This document shows, one piece after another, positions 10,645 to 19,754 of a stretch of DNA of 51,070 nt (position 1 is its first letter; every line of letters begins with the position of its first letter). The notes below the pieces were generated by a model. The model searched no databases, was not told where the DNA came from, and saw only the letters and a program-made list of their open reading frames with translations. The stretch covers positions 1 to 51,070 of IMG/VR virus record IMGVR_UViG_3300005096_000013. One strand, given 5' to 3'. The translations under genes were made by a program, and so were the position numbers. This DNA comes from a virus. Its lineage: Duplodnaviria; Caudoviricetes.

Positions 10645-10681
10645 ACTCCGGGCTCCTCTGGTGGGGTCCGGAGTTACTTTT
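10645..10681 (+). terminator. Rho-independent terminator built on one 13-mer copy
   Basis: ACTCCGGGCTCC-tctggt-GGGGTCCGGAGT stem (two G-U pairs) then TACTTTT, directly after the capsid stop. Confidence 0.7.
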
Positions 10682-10692
10682 CAAACTTGGAG

Positions 10693-11113
10693 TATGGAGC
10701 GGTTCATGTATTCTTACTTCGACCCTCAACGTCATTTATTGGCTACAGGTGAAACGGAATTGGGTCGGTGGTTGGGCAAAGAGTTCCCGGATATTCCGGG
10801 GCTCTTTGTTTATTTTCACCGTAAGACTGGCAAGTGGGTAATCGCCAAGTGGATGTCCTACCCCAAAATGTATTTCGAGGATATTCTGAACTTGGGTCCT
10901 TTCTTGCAGACTGTGAATCGAGATACAATAGGAAAATTGCGAAGTCGCTTGTGTCCGGCTATGACGCCTCATCAAATCAGTGAGGCTATCCGGGACGAGA
11001 GGTATAGAGAGTTAAGAGAGTTGGACGATAAAAGTATTCTGAGGCGGGAGAGGAAGTCTCCCTGTAAATGCAGTATTCTAGTCCCACGTTCTACTCTTTT
11101 CCAAGCGACTTAG
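10693..11113 (+). CDS. Hypothetical protein
   Basis: ORF track 10661..11113; first ATG downstream of the terminator chosen as start. Confidence 0.55.
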
Positions 11114-11133
11114 CTCAGCTTTGAGGAGACATC

Positions 11134-11604
11134 ATGTCAGACATTACAAACGGGACGTCATCTTTTGGAGGTCGTTGGGTTTGGCTACAGAAGTTCCTAC
11201 TAACTATCTCCATACCCTTTTTGGTGGGGATGGTTACTTGGGCGCTTCAGATAAATAAGCGGTTAGTCAACTTGGAGGCTTTCGCTTCTTATGGTCCCCG
11301 GTACTCATCGCAGGATGCCCGGAGAGATTTCAAAGTTTATTCTACTTCCATGGCTCAACGTCAGGTTGCTTTGGAAGGTGGGTTGAAATCTTTGGACCGC
11401 AGGGTAGTTCATTTGGAGTCGCAAGATAATCCTCCTAAATGGTTAACTGACCGAGTGGACCGGATGGAGATGAAGTTGGACAGGATAGAAGCTCTTTTAA
11501 CAAGCATGAAGCGTGAAGGGGTAATGTTTAGAATACAGAAAGGAAGTGGTTCATATGCCTTGGAGAGCCAAAGGGAAAGCTATTCAAAAGAAAGTGGGGG
11601 GTAA
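11134..11604 (+). CDS. Membrane-anchored coiled-coil protein
   Basis: GAGGAG RBS; one N-terminal TM helix followed by coiled coil. Confidence 0.6.
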   Translation: MSDITNGTSSFGGRWVWLQKFLLTISIPFLVGMVTWALQINKRLVNLEAFASYGPRYSSQDARRDFKVYSTSMAQRQVALEGGLKSLDRRVVHLESQDNPPKWLTDRVDRMEMKLDRIEALLTSMKREGVMFRIQKGSGSYALESQRESYSKESGG

Positions 11605-11701
11605 ATGGAAAACAATAGCTCACGGAAAGACGGCGGCAAGCGCTGCGGCTAGTGTACGTGCCCGGTACGCAAACGCAAAAAAGAAAGGTGGCAGATTATA
11701 A
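11555..11701 (+). CDS. Small basic protein (48 aa, below ORF-track cutoff)
   Basis: Own translation MPWRAKGKAIQKKVGGKWKTIAHGKTAASAAASVRARYANAKKKGGRL; GAAAGGAAG upstream; TAA overlaps next ATG. Confidence 0.6.
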   Translation: MPWRAKGKAIQKKVGGKWKTIAHGKTAASAAASVRARYANAKKKGGRL

Positions 11702-11865
11702 TGTGGTTTGAGTTGTGGAAAAGTAAAGACGGCTGGCGTATTCGATTAAAGGCTCGTAATGGTTGTATTCTATTATCCAGCGAAGCCTATAGCACCAAAC
11801 AGAGTGCATTAAGAACTTTAAAGATGCTTCGCCGTTCAGTAAAATTGGAAATCAGGGAAGTTTAG
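11701..11865 (+). CDS. DUF1508/YegP-like small protein (54 aa, below ORF-track cutoff)
   Basis: Own translation MWFELWKSKDGWRIRLKARNGCILLSSEAYSTKQSALRTLKMLRRSVKLEIREV matches the FE...W-x-x-RLKA-x-NG...SE-x-Y pattern. Confidence 0.75.
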   Translation: MWFELWKSKDGWRIRLKARNGCILLSSEAYSTKQSALRTLKMLRRSVKLEIREV

Positions 11866-11878
11866 AGGTTTTAGATTC

Positions 11879-13336
11879 TTGAGAGCCGACATAAGGAAAG
11901 AACTGTGGATTGTAGATAGTAGTTTTAATGGTCAACTCCAAATCGTTGATGATGCTGGTAAGACTCTATCTACAAAGTATTTTGGGGTAATCCCTCCGAA
12001 TGCTATTGATAATATTCACTACGATTGGGTTAATCAGGAATGGTGGATGAGCGAAATGGGAACCGGCACCAACAATCACATCTACCGTCTGGACCGTGCT
12101 CTAAATTTACTCAATACTTACAATATTGCTACCTCGAATTACGAACTAGAATCAGTATGCTATGACCCATCCGATGATAATCTATGGACTCTCAGCGATA
12201 AGTTAACTTTGGAAACTTTGGAGCATCGTAGCCGTTCAGACCCAACAACAGTTTTAGCGACCATCAATTTAGCTGTTCTGGGTGTCGATGGCCCCCAAGA
12301 TATTGATTATGACACTTCCGATGATACTCTGTGGATTGCGGATAATGACTCTACGGGTAACTACGTAGGTCGGCTCTACCACCTGGATAAAGCTGGAAAT
12401 ATTCTTGAAACAATTCCTATCCCTACTACCTTACATTCAGTCCTCTCCGGAAAAGTAGGTAGGTTACAGACCGTGGCTTACGATTCTCGTGATGATACAC
12501 TTTGGATTTCTGGCAGATTTAACTATATCTACCATGTAACTAAAAGCCTCGTCCTGCTAGAATCTTTTGCTTCCCCTTATTTTGGTACGGGTCCAACGAG
12601 TATTGCCTTGGTACCCTGGGGGACACGAGCTAAGGTCTTAAGTCCTACATTGAGCCTTAGAATGTATGACGATGCAACGAACACCCAAGTTGCTGCCCAG
12701 GCTGGAAGTGATGCAACTTTGGAGGGTACCGGCAATACGGAAGATAAGTCTGGGGTTGGACCTATAAAGAATGCTTTTACTTTTAATGGAACAGACAATT
12801 ATATTTCCATTTCCGAGACACTGACTCGTGCTACTGGGTGGACTGTTTCTTGTTGGGCATCCTTTGCATCTACTATATCTTATGAGGTTTTTATTGGGGA
12901 TGGAGCCACAGGAGATAATTGGATACGCCTTACTGATAATACTCGTGTTGCGGCATCTTTTAACGGATATGGTCAAACAGCTACGCCGGGGTTTTCTGCT
13001 TTAAGCCTGAATACTTGGTACCACTTTGTGTTTATCTTTGCATCTTCTAATAACCGACTTCGTATTTTCCTTGATGGTGTAGAGTATAATCCGATTACGG
13101 GGTACGGAGCTATTCCTGACACGTTGTTTACTACTGTAGGTCGAAAGCAGACGGATTATTTTGGTGGAAAGATGAGTAATCTTCTTTTGTTTAATTATGA
13201 ACTTGACCAAGATGAAATAGATTATCTTTACAATGAAGGAGCAGGGGAGGATGCTTTGGAGGAGTCTATTCCGGAGGTTATTAGGCGACAACCCCTTCAG
13301 GAATTAGTGGGTTCTCCAGTTATAGGAGCTTTTTAG
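11879..13336 (+). CDS. Beta-propeller plus LamG/concanavalin A-like protein (putative receptor binding)
   Basis: Repeated YD-x2-DDTLWI blades; C-terminal FNGTDNYI, WTVSCW, NTWYHFV, LRIFLDG LamG motifs. Confidence 0.75.
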   Translation: MRADIRKELWIVDSSFNGQLQIVDDAGKTLSTKYFGVIPPNAIDNIHYDWVNQEWWMSEMGTGTNNHIYRLDRALNLLNTYNIATSNYELESVCYDPSDDNLWTLSDKLTLETLEHRSRSDPTTVLATINLAVLGVDGPQDIDYDTSDDTLWIADNDSTGNYVGRLYHLDKAGNILETIPIPTTLHSVLSGKVGRLQTVAYDSRDDTLWISGRFNYIYHVTKSLVLLESFASPYFGTGPTSIALVPWGTRAKVLSPTLSLRMYDDATNTQVAAQAGSDATLEGTGNTEDKSGVGPIKNAFTFNGTDNYISISETLTRATGWTVSCWASFASTISYEVFIGDGATGDNWIRLTDNTRVAASFNGYGQTATPGFSALSLNTWYHFVFIFASSNNRLRIFLDGVEYNPITGYGAIPDTLFTTVGRKQTDYFGGKMSNLLLFNYELDQDEIDYLYNEGAGEDALEESIPEVIRRQPLQELVGSPVIGAF

Positions 13337-13338
13337 TC

Positions 13339-14907
13339 ATGCTTTATTATGTTTACTTTAGCGATGCAGGTGTACCTAAAACTGGTCTAACTCTTACCTG
13401 GGAATATTTAGTTACAGCTACTAACGGGACTGACAAGAGTGCCAATGCCCCATCTTTTTCCGAAATAGGGGGTGGTTGGTATTCTTTTAATGTATCCTAC
13501 GGGTCTAGTCCTTGGGATGTAACTACAGAGGATTTGATAGGTGTCGTAGACGGGGGAAGCATCTTAGATACAGCAGACCGATACCGTGCAGTGTCTATAA
13601 CTAAAAGAGGTCTCGCGCTTTCCGCTTTAACCAACGGGGTCAGCGATGAGACTCTCACTATAATGGATGATTTTATGGGCATCGGTTATCAATGCACAAT
13701 TACCCTACAGACTACGGGAGGAGATGCCATCTCCGGAGCTACAGTCTGGATGAGTACTTCCGCTACTGGTTCACCACCCTTCACTGCACCTCTGACTACT
13801 AATGCGTCGGGACAAGTGACTTTCTGGTTGACCGGTACTTCAAGTACACCTCAGAATTATTACATCTTCGCAGCGGGGGCGGGCTATAGCTACAGTAACG
13901 ATGAGTACATAACGGTTGCCGGGTCCGCTGCTAACAAGACAGTACAGTACGGTACAGTCGCAAGTAGTTCAAGCGGAGTATCAGGTGTGACCGTAACCGA
14001 CTTCCTTACTCGGACGATTACCGCAGTCCGGGCCTATGCTGATGAGCCCACTACAAACGCCAAGTATTCCGATTCAACAATCTTAGACTACATAGCCACA
14101 ACCTACGCAGAGATAATCCAAAACCTGCAACGGAACAAAACAACTCAGTTGGTATGCTCCTACTCTTTTGATTACTCTGAATCCCAGAGTGTTTACCCGT
14201 TACCCCTGACTGCTGGAACCATCATCAGTGTAGGGACGGAAGAAACCACTTACGAGTCCAAAACCTTCTTCCATAGCGGTAGTTGGCTTAACGAGTATGG
14301 TACGGGAATGACCATACAGGAGCATGAGATACACTTCCAGAAACAGTATCTCAGCGATGGAACTACCGTAGTAGTCAAGTATCTTCCTGATGGGTGTGCT
14401 ACCCTGTTTGGCGGAACCACCAGCACCTTCGATAACACAGCAGGTACTTTGCAGTTTGAAACATTGTCTGTAGGCACCCGTGATACAAGAGAAAATGCCT
14501 ATGTGGGTTCAATCCTGCGAATCTTGCCCAACAGCAGTAACGAGGCTATGCAGGAACGTGTCATTACGGCACAGTCCACAACATCTAAAACCTATGATAC
14601 TTTCACAGTGACCCCGACTTTTTCTCCTGTCCTGACAGGAACGGTAGCTTACGAGATATGTCCGCCCTTCCCGAAGGCTATGGATAATGTGGTAGCTCTT
14701 AAGACGGCCTTGCGTATCGTAGGCATAGAAGGGAACCAGACAAGATACAGAACTCTAATGAATGAGTACAAGGATGCTATGAGGTCGTTGACTCTCCAAG
14801 CAGCCAATAAGAACTTCATGGAAGGTTCCCACCGACACCGGGACGGTTTTACGGCCCTGCGTGGCAGCCGCCCCTACAGGTCTCTACTCCGTAAACGGGG
14901 GTGGTAA
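13339..14907 (+). CDS. Virion structural protein (possible head-tail adaptor with Ig-like N-terminal domains)
   Basis: Thr/Ser-rich beta region with TTNASGQVTF; helical segment ITAVRAYADEP...YSDSTILDYI resembles adaptor proteins. Confidence 0.5.
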   Translation: MLYYVYFSDAGVPKTGLTLTWEYLVTATNGTDKSANAPSFSEIGGGWYSFNVSYGSSPWDVTTEDLIGVVDGGSILDTADRYRAVSITKRGLALSALTNGVSDETLTIMDDFMGIGYQCTITLQTTGGDAISGATVWMSTSATGSPPFTAPLTTNASGQVTFWLTGTSSTPQNYYIFAAGAGYSYSNDEYITVAGSAANKTVQYGTVASSSSGVSGVTVTDFLTRTITAVRAYADEPTTNAKYSDSTILDYIATTYAEIIQNLQRNKTTQLVCSYSFDYSESQSVYPLPLTAGTIISVGTEETTYESKTFFHSGSWLNEYGTGMTIQEHEIHFQKQYLSDGTTVVVKYLPDGCATLFGGTTSTFDNTAGTLQFETLSVGTRDTRENAYVGSILRILPNSSNEAMQERVITAQSTTSKTYDTFTVTPTFSPVLTGTVAYEICPPFPKAMDNVVALKTALRIVGIEGNQTRYRTLMNEYKDAMRSLTLQAANKNFMEGSHRHRDGFTALRGSRPYRSLLRKRGW

Positions 14908-14909
14908 GT

Positions 14910-16019
14910 ATGGCTGAAGTCTATCCTCCCAATTCATTGCGGGTCAGGCCCATAAGGGGATTCCACGAACCTTCTTTTCCAGAAACTACTTCTGAAGATA
15001 CCCTGAAGGACTTGGAGGGTTCGTCCAAACCTAAGGCCCCCCAAGTATCCATAGACGAAGGGCAAGGTAAGAGTGATGATAACTCCAACAGGTATGAGGA
15101 AGTCCTGCCCAATACTCCCCGGATACCGAGAGGTTTCGGATTCACTCCGGGCTCCTCCATATTTAGAGGTGAAGTTACTCAGGATGTCCAGACAACAGAT
15201 ACGACAGTAAGAGTTAAACTCCCGGACGGTGGAGGTTCGGTTGTGGACGCCGAATATCTATTCCCGGCTTCAGCAAGTCAGGCAGGGGACATAACCCCTC
15301 TGCCTTTAACAGGTGATGAAGTTACGGTTTTGAGGACCCGTGATGATAAATGGTATCTTATCACTCCGGGCTCCTCCATATCTTCCGTGGGCAGTACTCC
15401 CCTTTATATCGCCGAGATTGATTCGGCAGCTACAGGTGGAGGTTATTACAATTGTCATCTTCAATCTCTAGATTCTACAGATTGGAATACTTCTAACAGC
15501 GACCAATTGGACCCTGTAGGTAACAGCATAGTTGTACTCAATATCGCGGAGATTGGTACTTCAAATCATGGTCTGTCTGCTGGGGACGCTATGCTTTGTT
15601 GGTCTTTTACCGATGATGAAGGAGTTAATCGTTATTTGGGTGAGCAGACAGCTACTTATAGGATACGATTTGGTAAGCCTACTGCGGCTTATTCTTCTGG
15701 GTCAAGTCTCACCCTCGACCCCTGTGATATTGCAGGTAACGATACGGGGGAAGCAAACGTAACTGTAAACATGCTGGTTGGTCCGGGAGATACCCCAATG
15801 ACCAACTCGACTTCGATAGCGGATACAACTATCTGTCCATTTTACCGTGCATCCGATGGTAGTTATTATTTACTGGGTACTCCTATTGAAGTTGTGACGG
15901 ATTATCGAGTCAACACTACGAATAAGACTCTGGAAAAAATGACCCGTAATGTGTGGGTCCTAACGGCAGGCAGCGAAAGTAGTTGGGTTGTAGTACATAC
16001 AGGAGTTGATTGTACCTGA
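14910..16019 (+). CDS. Hypothetical virion protein
   Basis: Long ORF in the structural block; ATG at 14910 just after the upstream stop. Confidence 0.55.
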   Translation: MAEVYPPNSLRVRPIRGFHEPSFPETTSEDTLKDLEGSSKPKAPQVSIDEGQGKSDDNSNRYEEVLPNTPRIPRGFGFTPGSSIFRGEVTQDVQTTDTTVRVKLPDGGGSVVDAEYLFPASASQAGDITPLPLTGDEVTVLRTRDDKWYLITPGSSISSVGSTPLYIAEIDSAATGGGYYNCHLQSLDSTDWNTSNSDQLDPVGNSIVVLNIAEIGTSNHGLSAGDAMLCWSFTDDEGVNRYLGEQTATYRIRFGKPTAAYSSGSSLTLDPCDIAGNDTGEANVTVNMLVGPGDTPMTNSTSIADTTICPFYRASDGSYYLLGTPIEVVTDYRVNTTNKTLEKMTRNVWVLTAGSESSWVVVHTGVDCT

Positions 16020-17011
16020 TGGGTAGTATCCACTTCAAAGACAATAAGATTCTATTTGACCGAGATGGCAATGTTGCTATGGATGTCAATTGCTGCTGCA
16101 TTTGCGACTGCACATGTGAAGATGGTTGTGGTACGCCTACTGCCGAAGCTGATTGTCCTTGGTGTAATTATTGTATTGTTCTTTGTAGTGATACTGAATA
16201 TTGCAGTAAGGATGGATGTGGGTATATCTCTTGGACAGGTTCATGTTCGTGGAGTGGAACATTCACTTCGGGAACCCTGAGCGGCGAATCTATACTGTTT
16301 CACTACAACAGTGCGACTAGCAAGTGGGTTTTAAATATAACTAACTGTATTAGTGGCAAAGAGATTGCTGGGTTTAGTTGTCATAACGGCTACAGCGATG
16401 CTTATATAAGAATCACGCCGGTCACGGATAAAGATGACTGTACATGCGACCACGATTGTGGATGTTATAATTATTCATCTCCAGGCACAATTGCAGTATC
16501 CTTTGCTGGTATAGATAACACATTGGGCTTGAATGAGGCCGGTGATTTGTGTTGTGATAATTGTGATGGGGGTGATTGCGGCTATGCTTGGGTGTATCCT
16601 GATTGTTGTCCTGAGAGCTACTTCAATGGTAGCACCTTTTATTTAACGATTTCAGGCTACTCTGCGTGTGGTGTTACTCAAAATTACAGTAATTGTGGTT
16701 ACCACGATTCCGACCATTACGCCTACCCTATCATATCAATTACCTTTAAAGGTAATGATTGCCAGCAAGGTTATATCTCTTTAAACGCTTACGTGTATGA
16801 ACAGCGTGCAGGAGGAACTTCAATTAACCGCAGCGTCTTTTCTAGTGGAACTATTTACTATGAAGCCTACGAAACAAGAATGTGTACAAATTCAATTACT
16901 CTGAATAACGATAACGACGGGTGCGAAGATACCGGGACTATTTGTGGGGCGTTATTCAGAAAAAATGGTGCTTGGGGTTGTAATGGTACCGCAACGGTGG
17001 AGTTGCAATGA
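16019..17011 (+). CDS. Cysteine-rich protein
   Basis: ATG overlaps the upstream TGA; NCCCICDCTC and many further Cys. Confidence 0.6.
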   Translation: MGSIHFKDNKILFDRDGNVAMDVNCCCICDCTCEDGCGTPTAEADCPWCNYCIVLCSDTEYCSKDGCGYISWTGSCSWSGTFTSGTLSGESILFHYNSATSKWVLNITNCISGKEIAGFSCHNGYSDAYIRITPVTDKDDCTCDHDCGCYNYSSPGTIAVSFAGIDNTLGLNEAGDLCCDNCDGGDCGYAWVYPDCCPESYFNGSTFYLTISGYSACGVTQNYSNCGYHDSDHYAYPIISITFKGNDCQQGYISLNAYVYEQRAGGTSINRSVFSSGTIYYEAYETRMCTNSITLNNDNDGCEDTGTICGALFRKNGAWGCNGTATVELQ

Positions 17012-17580
17012 CAAAAAAATGCAAATATAAACAATCAGATGGAAGCTGTTACCTACTAAGTAGTTTGCGGGGCAATCGTTCAATCCCCGACGACAAGTTT
17101 TGTCGGATAGTCTGTAGTCCCGAATACGATACTTGGCGTCTGCGTTGCATGAAGCAGCACTTCGATGTAACGGCAAATAGTATCTCAGAGCTAGAGAAAC
17201 AAATTGAGGAAGGAGTAGTTCAAACAACTGACGGGAAGAAACCAGCTAATCCAAAGTATAAGAGGGGCTGTGGTTCCTGTGGAAAAATAAAAAACATTGT
17301 CAAAGGATTTGGTAAACTTACATGGGAACGTGTATCTAACGGTCGTCCTGACGACGAGACAATACGGCGGGCAGAGATTTGTGCAAAATGCGAACACCGT
17401 ACATTTCTGCCGGTAACGAAATGGGCTATAGGTTCGATACAATCTGGTGACTTACCCGTCAACCATGAACCGGGACAATGGGATGCTTTGTGGTGCAGCA
17501 AATGTAAATGTTGCATCGAGGCTAAGATACGGGTACTCGAAGAAAAGTGCCCAGTAGGAAAGTGGAAGGGTGACGAATGA
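17008..17580 (+). CDS. Cys-rich putative metal-binding protein
   Basis: ATGA overlaps; RRAEICAKC...CSKCKCCIEAK...CPVGKW pattern. Confidence 0.65.
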   Translation: MTKKCKYKQSDGSCYLLSSLRGNRSIPDDKFCRIVCSPEYDTWRLRCMKQHFDVTANSISELEKQIEEGVVQTTDGKKPANPKYKRGCGSCGKIKNIVKGFGKLTWERVSNGRPDDETIRRAEICAKCEHRTFLPVTKWAIGSIQSGDLPVNHEPGQWDALWCSKCKCCIEAKIRVLEEKCPVGKWKGDE

Positions 17581-19712
17581 GCCAGTACAAAGCGGACATA
17601 GAAATTCAATATGCTATCCCCGGTGTTTATATGGACACCAATTCGGCTCCGGATAATCTACCTGTAGGTGCTTGTTTCCGCATCTCTGGAGTTGATGGTA
17701 GGTTCTCCGGTAGTCTGCATAGGTTCCCCGGAATGAAATCCGTTCTGGACCTTGACCACGGTATAGATTACAATGGAAGTTTCTTGGGAGTTAGTTTTGG
17801 GGCTTATAGGGGTTTTGTACACAGAACAAATCCTTCCTCGCCTTTCTATTTTAATAATACTACTCCTGACTGGGGGACTGCCAACTACAGTACCAATTAT
17901 GCTTCTGTTACCTCTCACGGCGACTTCGCTTATCTCTTTGCAGAAGATACTACAGGGTCTTTATTCCCCAAGGTAGTTTATGATTCGTCAGGTTTACAAG
18001 TTGAGAGTCTTGGACCTGCTTTATTAACTGGAGACCCTGACGCACCTTCTACCGCCTCGGCTGGAGGACACAGTGCGACAGAAGGGTATCTCAACTTTAG
18101 AGGAACTTACCGTGTAGCAGTAAAATATTACCATAGTACTCGACAGGTCTATACCGGACTTAGTCAGATTTTTACCCTTACGGTGGACCCCTCAGCGGTA
18201 ACTGGAGGAGTTTATTCAGGGAATAGCTACAAGTGGATGCTGGATATTTCACAGGCAGGTCTGGATTCTGATTACGACAAAATAGAAATATACCGGACAA
18301 CAAATCTAAATGACCCTATGGACCCTTATAAGGCTGGAATCTTCTTTCTCGAATCTACAGTGACGAGAGGTACGACTGCGGATTATTGGGTAGGGAAGAT
18401 GCCGGACGCCGCTTTGGTCCTTCAAAAACATTACGACCCTTGGATGGACCCGGTTCAACTACCTCCTCTATCAGGCGTTTGTGCTTACTATCAAGGCTCA
18501 ATCTTTGCAGCCCAAAGTCGCTACACCAACAACGGTTTAGGAATTGTATGGACCAATCCGGGCAGGGTCCGCCCCGAAGAGTTTGGTTCCGAATATAGTT
18601 ATCTGGGTTCTCCCAAGGATGGAAGAATACACTCCCTCGTAGTAGTCGGAGACACCTTGTGGGGTTTCAGTGCTTCTATAGCTTACCGTATAATCAAAAA
18701 TGGGGGCAGCGTATCTGTAGAGAGGATGCTCGAAGGCCGAGGTCCTCTCCATCCCGGTGCTTTAGTGTCCGTGGACCGTAGTGTAATCATGGTTACAGGA
18801 GAAGGACTAGTCATATTCTCAGAAGGCGTGGCCAAACTCATCCCTTCCGCTTCTCGTATCCTCAAAGAGGATTGGAAAGATTCTCTAGAATACATAACTA
18901 TGAGTTATGATTCCCGAATGGGTTGTGTGTTTATCCAGAATGGTTACCTTTATGAAACCCTTTGCCTGTGGACTTCCACTATGCAAATATCTCTTTTGGA
19001 AGCAACACCCTTCACCCGGACAACTAGCCTACTTGATTATGGTCAAGATACAGATTCCATCAAAGCATATTTTGTAACTAAAGACGGCAGAATTGTAACT
19101 CCTGACCATGACTTTTCAGGCTATGGAACAATGCAGGGGGGTGTCCCCGACGATAACAACATTACGCCTTCTGACAGTTACAACGCTACTCTTTCATCAG
19201 CCTTAGGCTCTAACCATATAGTCTATGTAACATCAGGGGGTGATGCGGGTTCTTGGGGCGTAACTGATGGAGCTTCCTCGATAACTAACATAACTCTCAA
19301 CACCAATGATGTTTACTCTGTTGACCCCGTAATATTCAAAGTGAGATTGGGACCCGTCAGGACAGGAGACTATCCTATCTTCAGCCGTAAAGTCTTGAAG
19401 TCTATAGGCTTAAAGATGTCTCTACCTAACGACGGTTACTTTACTTCTTTGACTACTGCCCAACGGCAGGAGGTCCGGACAACCTTCACAGTAGGGGCAT
19501 ATAGAGATACAAGTGGAGCCCGGAGTGATTCAGCCCAACGCTTCAGTGATACCATCACGGCTTCGATGAATCCTTCCGATTGCGTAGTGCACGGCTCGTT
19601 GGACGGGACTCTTGTGGAGCCCTACATAGAACAAATATCAGGCGGTTTTAATTTTGAATTGACTGGCGTGAAGGTGGTTGGTACAATGACTGTCAGTGAA
19701 AATATTGCCTGA
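17577..19712 (+). CDS. Putative tail nozzle/stabilization protein (P22 gp10/T7 gp12-like)
   Basis: 711-aa beta-rich ORF before the internal-virion genes; N-terminal GSLHRFPG motif. Assignment mostly from synteny. Confidence 0.55.
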   Translation: MSQYKADIEIQYAIPGVYMDTNSAPDNLPVGACFRISGVDGRFSGSLHRFPGMKSVLDLDHGIDYNGSFLGVSFGAYRGFVHRTNPSSPFYFNNTTPDWGTANYSTNYASVTSHGDFAYLFAEDTTGSLFPKVVYDSSGLQVESLGPALLTGDPDAPSTASAGGHSATEGYLNFRGTYRVAVKYYHSTRQVYTGLSQIFTLTVDPSAVTGGVYSGNSYKWMLDISQAGLDSDYDKIEIYRTTNLNDPMDPYKAGIFFLESTVTRGTTADYWVGKMPDAALVLQKHYDPWMDPVQLPPLSGVCAYYQGSIFAAQSRYTNNGLGIVWTNPGRVRPEEFGSEYSYLGSPKDGRIHSLVVVGDTLWGFSASIAYRIIKNGGSVSVERMLEGRGPLHPGALVSVDRSVIMVTGEGLVIFSEGVAKLIPSASRILKEDWKDSLEYITMSYDSRMGCVFIQNGYLYETLCLWTSTMQISLLEATPFTRTTSLLDYGQDTDSIKAYFVTKDGRIVTPDHDFSGYGTMQGGVPDDNNITPSDSYNATLSSALGSNHIVYVTSGGDAGSWGVTDGASSITNITLNTNDVYSVDPVIFKVRLGPVRTGDYPIFSRKVLKSIGLKMSLPNDGYFTSLTTAQRQEVRTTFTVGAYRDTSGARSDSAQRFSDTITASMNPSDCVVHGSLDGTLVEPYIEQISGGFNFELTGVKVVGTMTVSENIA

Positions 19713-19754
19713 CCACCGACACCTTTTCAGCCCTAACCAAGAGAGAGGCTAGAC

